Source: Vicinamibacterales bacterium
GTDB lineage: Bacteria; Acidobacteriota; Vicinamibacteria; Vicinamibacterales; UBA8438
DNA: 64,000 bases
NCBI GenBank assembly: GCA_965203525.1
Contig: OZ241898.1
Location: 640,176 to 704,175, forward strand
Direction of reading: 5' to 3'
The notes under the pieces were generated by a model that was given only the letters and a program-made list of their open reading frames with translations, was not told the DNA's origin and made no database searches. How positions within the stretch are numbered: position 1 is the first letter of the stretch; each line of letters starts with the position of its first letter. This document shows positions 56,224 through 64,000 of this stretch, in pieces. Made by a program: the position numbers and the translations under genes.

Positions 56224-56256
56224 TGAAGAAACGCGCCAGCCTGCGAGGCCATATCC

Positions 56257-58401
56257 ATGAAGACACGCCGGGTCGCCGCCTGCCTGTGCGTCGGGCTGCT
56301 GCTGATGGTGTCCGCGTACGCCGCGCAGCGCCAGCCCCCCGCCGAACCGCCGCCGCGGTCCGAGCCCGGCTCGCCGGGCGGGGCGGACGCGGCCGTCCCC
56401 GGAGAGGCCACGGACTCCCGGAGCGGGGTCTCCGTCTTCCGGAGCGGCATCAACTACGTCCGCGTCGACGCCTTCGTGACCGACGGGGACGGCAATCCCG
56501 TGTTCGACCTGACGCAGGACGACTTCGAGGTCTACGAGGACGGCGTCCCGCAGACGGTGGATTCGTTCCAGGTGATCCGGGTCGACCGGACGCCCGAGCT
56601 TTCCGGCGCGCCGCTGACCGGCGTCGGCGTCACGCGGTCGGACCAGGAGCTGGCCGCGTCGCGGCCCGACGTCCGGGTGTTCGTCATCTTTCTCGACGAC
56701 TACCACGTGCGGGAGGGCAACAGCGTCCGCGCCCGCCGCATGCTCGTCGACTTCCTGGAGAACGACCTGCTGCCGACCGATCTGGTCGGCGTGATGTACC
56801 CCCTGATGCCAGTGTCGGACGTGCGCCTGACCCGCGATCACCAGGCGGTGATCAACGCCGTCGGACGGTTCGATGGGGTGAAGTACGAGTACGAGGTGCG
56901 GAACCTCTACGAGGGCCGCTACAACTTCTATCCGACCGAGATCGTCGAGCGGATCCGGAACGAGGTGTCGCTGTCGGCCCTGCGCGGACTGATGACGATG
57001 CTGGGCGGGCTCCGCGAGGGGCGCAAGTCGGTGCTGCTGGTGAGCGAAGGCTACACGAACTACGTGCCGCCGCAGTTGCGGAGCCAGACCGCGGACCTGC
57101 GGGCCGACCCGCGCATCAACCCGACCGTTCTGGACCCGTTCGCGGGCGACAACCCCTACGAGGAGACCAGGTCGTTCTTCGACGGGAGCGCGATGCTGGC
57201 CGAACTGCGGCGCGTGATCGAGACCGCCAGCCGCTTCAACGCCTCGGTCTACGCCGTCGACCCGCGCGGTCTGGCCGCCTTCGAGTTCGATCTCGATCAG
57301 CCGCAGATCAGTTACCGCACCGATCAGCGCGCGTTGCGGTTCACCCAGGACACGCTGCGTGTCCTGGCCGAGGAGACCGGCGGCCGGGCGATCGTGAACC
57401 AGAACGATCTGCGCCCCGGCCTGCAGCAGATGCTGGACGATGCGAGCGGCTACTACCTGCTCGGGTACAACTCCAGCGCCGCGCCGACCGACGGGGAGTT
57501 CCACGCGATCGAGGTGCGCGTGAAACGGGAAGGGCTGCGGGTGCGCGCCCGCGAGGGGTACTGGGCGGTCACCGTGCGGGACGTCGAGCGGTCGCTCGTG
57601 ACCCGCGCCCACGAGCCGCCGAAGGCGGTGGACGCCGCGCTGGCCGCGCTGGCCGAGCCGCGCCGCGGCCGGCTCGTCCGCACCTGGGTCGGCACGTCGC
57701 GCGCGGAGAACGGCAGGACCCGGGTGACCTTCGCCTGGGAGCCGGCCGAGGCGCGGGGGCGGCGCGACACCGCGTCGCGCGTCCTCGTCACCGCCATGGG
57801 CGACACCGGCCGGGCCTACTTCCGGGGGCGCGTGCCGGAGCAGGTGCGTTCGGCGGGGCGCGGCACGACCCGCCGCCGGGGCCGGCGCGCGGCCGCCGCA
57901 CCCCCCCCGGCCACGCGCGTGGAGTTCGAGGCGGACCCCGGCAGCATGCGGATGAACCTGGCCATCGAGGGCGAGGCGGGCGAGGTGCTCGACCGCGACC
58001 GCGACGAGATCGTCGTTCCGGACTTCACCGGTCCCGACGTCGTCCTGAGCACGCCCTACTTCGTGCGCGCCCGCAACGCGCTGGAGTTCCGCACGCTCGT
58101 TTCCGACCGGGACGCGCCGCCCACCGTGTCGCGCGACTTCCGCCGCACCGACCGGTTGCTTCTGCGTTTCGACGTCTACGCGCCGGGCGACGCGGCGCCG
58201 GAGGTCGAGGCGAACCTCCTGAACCGCGGCGGCGACGCGATGTTCCCCCTCGACGTCCGGGCCGCCGAGGACGGCGGCGCGTTCCGGCAGGTGGAACTGG
58301 CCCCGTCGTTCCTGGCTCCCGGCGAGTACGTCATCGAGATCCGGGCGACGCTCGGGGACGGCGAGGCGAGCGGGATGGTCGCGTTCCGCCTCGGCGCGTG
58401 A
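56257..58401 (+). CDS. VWA-domain protein of the acidobacterial TIGR03436 type
   Basis: Signal peptide, [39 protein letters not shown], then a VWA-like [10 protein letters not shown]...VLLVSEGY...YAVDPRGL. Confidence 0.85.
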   Translation: MKTRRVAACLCVGLLLMVSAYAAQRQPPAEPPPRSEPGSPGGADAAVPGEATDSRSGVSVFRSGINYVRVDAFVTDGDGNPVFDLTQDDFEVYEDGVPQTVDSFQVIRVDRTPELSGAPLTGVGVTRSDQELAASRPDVRVFVIFLDDYHVREGNSVRARRMLVDFLENDLLPTDLVGVMYPLMPVSDVRLTRDHQAVINAVGRFDGVKYEYEVRNLYEGRYNFYPTEIVERIRNEVSLSALRGLMTMLGGLREGRKSVLLVSEGYTNYVPPQLRSQTADLRADPRINPTVLDPFAGDNPYEETRSFFDGSAMLAELRRVIETASRFNASVYAVDPRGLAAFEFDLDQPQISYRTDQRALRFTQDTLRVLAEETGGRAIVNQNDLRPGLQQMLDDASGYYLLGYNSSAAPTDGEFHAIEVRVKREGLRVRAREGYWAVTVRDVERSLVTRAHEPPKAVDAALAALAEPRRGRLVRTWVGTSRAENGRTRVTFAWEPAEARGRRDTASRVLVTAMGDTGRAYFRGRVPEQVRSAGRGTTRRRGRRAAAAPPPATRVEFEADPGSMRMNLAIEGEAGEVLDRDRDEIVVPDFTGPDVVLSTPYFVRARNALEFRTLVSDRDAPPTVSRDFRRTDRLLLRFDVYAPGDAAPEVEANLLNRGGDAMFPLDVRAAEDGGAFRQVELAPSFLAPGEYVIEIRATLGDGEASGMVAFRLGA

Positions 58402-58411
58402 GCCTGTATAC

Positions 58412-60034
58412 ATGGCCGTGGCGAGCGAATCGACGCCGGCCGCGGCCGGCCCGTCCGCGGCGCCGGCCGGCGCGTCGCAGCAGCCCCGCCCGCTGTACGG
58501 CGCGGCGGACGTCGCGGACCTCGACTACGCCCGCGATCTGAACGACCCCGGGCGGTTTCCCTACACGCGCGGCATCCACGAGTCCGGCTACGGCGGCAAG
58601 CTCTGGACGATGCGGCAGTTCTCCGGCTTCGGCACGCCGGAGGAAACGAACCGGCGGTACCGGGAACTGCTGGCGGCCGGCGGCACGGGACTGAGCGTCG
58701 CCTTCGATCTGCCGACGCTCATGGGGCGCGACCCGGACGATCCGCTGTCGCAGGGCGAGGTGGGCAAGTGCGGCGTCAGCGTGGCGTCGCTGCCCGACAT
58801 GGAGCGGCTGTTCGACGGGATCGAGCTCGACCGCGTGACGACCTCCATGACGATCAACGCCCCGGCGGCGATGATCTTCGCCATGTACCTGGTGGTGGCG
58901 GAACGGCAGGGCGTCGGCTGGCCGCGGCTCTCGGGCACCCTCCAGAACGACATCCTGAAGGAGTACATCGCCCAGAAGGAGTACATCTATCCGCCCCGGC
59001 CGTCGATGCGGCTGGTGACCGACGTGTTCGCGTTCTGCGCCGATCGCGTCCCGCGCTGGAACACCATCTCGGTCAGCGGCTACCACATCCGGGAGGCGGG
59101 CGCGACGGCGCTGCAGGAGCTGGCGTTCACCCTCCGCGACGGCATCGAGTACGTCCAGCACGGCGTCGACGCCGGTCTCGACGTCGACCGCTTCGTCCCG
59201 CGGATCTCGTTCTTCTTCAACGCCCACAACCGGTTCTTCGAGGAGATCGCCAAGTACCGGGCCGCCCGGAAGCTGTGGGCGCACGTCATGCGCGAGCGCT
59301 TCGGCGCCGCGGACGAGCGTTCCTGCAAGCTGCGCTTCCACGCCCAGACCGCCGGCGTGTCGCTGACCGCGCAGCAGCCGCACAACAACGTCGTGCGGGT
59401 CGCCGTGCAGGCGCTGGCCGCGGTGCTCGGGGGGGCGAACTCCCTGCACACCAACGCGCTCGACGAAGCGCTGGGGCTGCCCACCCGCGAGGCGGCGCTG
59501 CTCGCGCTGCGCACGCAGCAGGTGATCGCGCACGAAAGCGGGGCGCCGGCCGCGGCGGATCCGTTCGGGGGCTCCTTCTTCGTCGAGTCGCTGACCCGCG
59601 AACTGGAGGCGGGCGCGCGCGAGCAGATCGACCGGATCGACGCGCTGGGCGGCATGGTGCCGGCCATCGAGGCGGGCTACCCGCAACGGGAGATCGCCGA
59701 CAGCGCGTACCGGACGCAACGGGCCGTCGAGACCGGCGGGCAGACGATCGTCGGGGTCAACCGCTACGTCGACGACGCGCCGCCCGCGATCGAGACCCTG
59801 CGCATCGACGAGAGCGCCGCGCGGCGGCAGGCGGAGCGGCTCGCCCGGATCCGGCGGACCCGCGACCGGGGCCGGGTCGACCGGGCGCTGGATGCGTTGC
59901 GGCGCACCGCGGCGGGCGCCGGCAACCTCATGCCGCCGCTGATCGAGGCGGTGCGGGCGCACGCGACGCTGGGCGAGATGTGCGCGGCGTTGCGCGACGT
60001 CTGGGGCGAATACGAGGAGGCGCCGGCGATCTGA
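58412..60034 (+). CDS. Methylmalonyl-CoA mutase family, catalytic (large) subunit
   Basis: [37 protein letters not shown] and FFFNAHN. Confidence 0.93.
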   Translation: MAVASESTPAAAGPSAAPAGASQQPRPLYGAADVADLDYARDLNDPGRFPYTRGIHESGYGGKLWTMRQFSGFGTPEETNRRYRELLAAGGTGLSVAFDLPTLMGRDPDDPLSQGEVGKCGVSVASLPDMERLFDGIELDRVTTSMTINAPAAMIFAMYLVVAERQGVGWPRLSGTLQNDILKEYIAQKEYIYPPRPSMRLVTDVFAFCADRVPRWNTISVSGYHIREAGATALQELAFTLRDGIEYVQHGVDAGLDVDRFVPRISFFFNAHNRFFEEIAKYRAARKLWAHVMRERFGAADERSCKLRFHAQTAGVSLTAQQPHNNVVRVAVQALAAVLGGANSLHTNALDEALGLPTREAALLALRTQQVIAHESGAPAAADPFGGSFFVESLTRELEAGAREQIDRIDALGGMVPAIEAGYPQREIADSAYRTQRAVETGGQTIVGVNRYVDDAPPAIETLRIDESAARRQAERLARIRRTRDRGRVDRALDALRRTAAGAGNLMPPLIEAVRAHATLGEMCAALRDVWGEYEEAPAI

Positions 60035-60453
60035 TGCGCAGGATCCGCGTCGTCATCGCCAAGCCGGGACTCGACGGCCACGACCGGGGCGCCAAGGTGA
60101 TCGCCCGCTCCCTGCGGGACGCGGGGATGGAGGTGGTCTATACCGGCCTGCGCCAGACCCCGGAGCAGATCGTGGAGGCCGCGCTGCAGGAGGACGCCGA
60201 CGTCGTCGGGGTGTCGATCCTCTCCGGCGCCCACAACCACGTCTGCCCGCGCCTGATGGCGCTGCTGGCCGAGAAGGGCGCCGAAGACGTGCTGGTGGTC
60301 GTCGGCGGCATCATTCCGGACGCCGACGTCCCGCGGCTGCGCGCGATCGGGATCGAAGGGATCTTCCAGCCGGGGACGCCGATGCAGGCCATCGTCGACT
60401 TCATCACGACGCACGCGCGGGACGGCGCGCGCCCGCCGGCGCACGATTCTTGA
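60034..60453 (+). CDS. Cobalamin (B12)-binding subunit of the acyl-CoA mutase
   Basis: The ATG overlaps the upstream TGA (ATGA-type). [18 protein letters not shown] contains the DxHxxG motif, followed by [10 protein letters not shown]. Confidence 0.92.
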   Translation: MRRIRVVIAKPGLDGHDRGAKVIARSLRDAGMEVVYTGLRQTPEQIVEAALQEDADVVGVSILSGAHNHVCPRLMALLAEKGAEDVLVVVGGIIPDADVPRLRAIGIEGIFQPGTPMQAIVDFITTHARDGARPPAHDS

Positions 60454-60487
60454 CGGTCGCCGGTCCCGCCGGTAGGCTGCCCCCGAC

Positions 60488-62221
60488 ATGTCCCATACGC
60501 TGCTGCTGGCCGACGACAGCGCCACGATCCAGCGCGTGGTCGAGCTGGCGTTCGCGAACGAGGACATCGACGTCGTGACGGTCGGCGACGGCGCCCGCGC
60601 CATCGAAGCGATCGCGCGGGACGAGCCCGACATCGTGCTGGCCGACGTCAGCATGCCGGGCAAGGACGGCTACGAGGTCGCTTCGTTCGTGCGGAGCGAC
60701 CCGGCGCGCGCCCGGATCCCGGTCGTCCTGCTGACCGGGGCATTCGAGCCGCTCGACGAGGCGCGGTGCGGCGCGATCGGCCGCCACGAGGTGCTCGTCA
60801 AGCCGTTCGAGCCGCGCCAGATGATCGGCAGGGTGCGCGAGCTGCTGGATCTGCCGCCGGCAGGCGTGCCGGACGCCGTCGCGGCGGCGGAGGCGTTCGT
60901 GGCGGATCGCGCCGATGCACCTGCCGACATCGTCCCGGATCCGCCCCCGGCGGACGAAACCGGTGCGCCGGCGCCGGTCGTCGTTTCGGACGCGTCCGCG
61001 GCCCGCGCGGACGCCGCCGTCGTTTCGGATGCGCCCGCGGCAGCCGGGGGGGAGGCGGATGCGTCCGCGTCCCGCGCGGACGCCGTTGCTGCCGACATCG
61101 TCCCGGATCCGCCCCCGGCGGACGAAACCGGTGCGCCGGCCGTCGTTTCGGGTCGGTCCGCGGTCGTCGTTTCGGATGCGTCCGCGTCCCGCGACGCCGC
61201 CGCTGTCGTTTCGGATGCACCCGTGGCAGCCGCAGTAGATGCGTCCGCATCCCGCGCGGACGCCGCCGCCGTTTCGGATGCGCCCGCGGCAGCCGGGGGG
61301 GAGGCGGATGCGTCCGCGTCCCGCGCGGACGCCGTTGCTGCCAACGTCGTCCCGGATCCGCCCCCGGCGGACGAAACCGGTGCGCCGGCCGTCGTTTCGG
61401 GTCGGTCCGCGGTCGTCGTTTCGGATGCGTTCGCGTCCCGCGCCGCCGCCGCTGTCGTTTCGGATGCGCCCGCGGCAACCGCAGTGGAAGCGTCCGCATC
61501 CCGCGCGGACGCCGCCGTCGTTTCGGATGCGCCCGCGGCAGCCGGGGTGGATGCGCCCACATCCTGCGACGACGACGTTGCACCACCGGCCGACGTTCCG
61601 GCCTCTTCGGTGTCGTCCGCGGAGTTGGACCCGATGTCGTCCACGGAGTCGGACACCGGGTCGTCGTCCGCCGAGTCGGACACCAAGTCGTCCGCCGAGT
61701 CGGACACCAACGTGGCCGCGGGCTCTGACGCGGAGACCGCTTCCGACCCGTCCGGGCGCGTCGCCCCGTCCGCCGGGCCGGCGGTTCCCGGCGCGCCTGC
61801 GCATGCGCCGCCGGACGACCCGCCGCCGGCCCGTCCCGCCGGTCTGTCGGCGCCTGTCCCTCCTCCGGGCGGGCAAGGTGTCGACCGTGCAAGGGCCACG
61901 GGGCGTCGTGCCGGTCTGTCGGCGTCTGACCCTCCTCCGCCCGCTCCGCCGGCGAACCCCGGCGGAGCGGTGCTGGCGCAGGCCTTCGCGACGTTTCTGG
62001 CCGTCGAGCAGGGCGCCGCTCCGCCTGCGCCCCCCGCGGCGGACTCCGGCGCCGGGCCGCGGTTCGAGGTCACCGACGCGCTGCTGGACGAGCTGGCGGA
62101 GCGGGTCGCCGCGCGGCTGACCGATACGGTCCTGCGGGACACGGTCGCCGAGGTCGTCTCGCGCATCGCGGGGCGCCTCGTGCGCGAGGAAGGCGAGCCC
62201 GTCCCGCCCGCCGGCGAGTGA
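60488..62221 (+). CDS. Response regulator (CheY-like receiver) with a long tandem-repeat linker and a conserved helical C-terminus
   Basis: Receiver: LLLADDSATIQ, IVLADVSMPGKDGYEV, VLVKPF. This is followed by about 220 aa of VVSDAxAxRADAA-type repeats, a Ser/Asp-rich stretch and a Pro-rich stretch. The C-terminus reads FEVTDALLDELAERVAARLTDTVLRDTVAEVVSRIAGRLVREE. Confidence 0.85.
   Translation: MSHTLLLADDSATIQRVVELAFANEDIDVVTVGDGARAIEAIARDEPDIVLADVSMPGKDGYEVASFVRSDPARARIPVVLLTGAFEPLDEARCGAIGRHEVLVKPFEPRQMIGRVRELLDLPPAGVPDAVAAAEAFVADRADAPADIVPDPPPADETGAPAPVVVSDASAARADAAVVSDAPAAAGGEADASASRADAVAADIVPDPPPADETGAPAVVSGRSAVVVSDASASRDAAAVVSDAPVAAAVDASASRADAAAVSDAPAAAGGEADASASRADAVAANVVPDPPPADETGAPAVVSGRSAVVVSDAFASRAAAAVVSDAPAATAVEASASRADAAVVSDAPAAAGVDAPTSCDDDVAPPADVPASSVSSAELDPMSSTESDTGSSSAESDTKSSAESDTNVAAGSDAETASDPSGRVAPSAGPAVPGAPAHAPPDDPPPARPAGLSAPVPPPGGQGVDRARATGRRAGLSASDPPPPAPPANPGGAVLAQAFATFLAVEQGAAPPAPPAADSGAGPRFEVTDALLDELAERVAARLTDTVLRDTVAEVVSRIAGRLVREEGEPVPPAGE
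60905..61575 (+). repeat. Nested coding tandem repeats in the response-regulator linker (units of 168, 249 and about 235 bp built from sub-repeats of roughly 13 aa, about 36-40 nt)
   Basis: gcc[ga]ac[ag]tcgtcccggatccgcccccggcggacgaaaccggtgcgccggc occurs at 60923, 61091 and 61340. cgtttcgga[tc]gcg recurs about 9 times. The protein units are ADIVPDPPPADETGAPA...VVSDA.A.RADAA. Confidence 0.85.
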
Positions 62222-62300
62222 CGCGGTTCCGTTCCCCCGTCCGGTCCCGCACCTTCCGCACGCACTCTGGAACCGCCGCCGCTGATACGATCCCGGTCCG

Positions 62301-64000
<1,700 letters not shown>

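Overview
This is 64 kb of a very GC-rich bacterial chromosome. GC is roughly 70% by eye on sampled lines; I did not compute it. All calls come from reading the supplied translations and my own translation of the DNA. No database search was run.

Gene content suggests an Acidobacteriota-like organism (inference). The evidence is a TIGR03436-type VWA protein, a DUF1592/DUF1552 pair, CarboxypepD_reg-type secreted proteins and a sigma-54 activator.

Most of the window is housekeeping:
- a minus-strand def-fmt-rsmB-PASTA-rpe-thioesterase-epimerase operon chained by 4-nt start/stop overlaps;
- dtd, dapF, radC, larC, metG, tatD, a polyprenyl synthase and ligA;
- trpS, scpA, scpB, a pseudouridine synthase, cmk, rpsA, an HU/IHF protein and a HIT protein;
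- two acyl-CoA dehydrogenases, a split B12-dependent acyl-CoA mutase and valS.

Accessory content:
- an MBOAT/AlgJ-like/hexapeptide acyltransferase O-acylation cluster next to a sensor-less sigma-54 activator;
- a 9.4-kb block of secreted proteins (CxxCH/beta-propeller, ankyrin, DUF1592, DUF1552, PQQ dehydrogenase);
- three lower-GC islets: an orphan alpha-type DNA methyltransferase at 23.2-25.0 kb, a tightly coupled three-gene cassette of unrecognisable proteins at 34.7-36.6 kb, and a solitary DUF1156/COG1743 Zn-ribbon methylase at 43.1-46.2 kb.

The DUF1156 methylase reading frame is held open by a 148-bp (3n+1) internal duplication.

The most unusual sequence-level signal is a recurrent local direct duplication with a period of about 70-76 bp. 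It sits on gene ends at ten or more separate loci.

Two genes carry single-base frameshifts at C runs (tatD and the CxxCH/propeller gene), so homopolymer sequencing error is a live caveat.

I found no rRNA, tRNA, CRISPR array, integrase or transposase. Many long ORFs in the track are GC-driven artefacts (Arg/Pro/Gly-rich) and are not reported.
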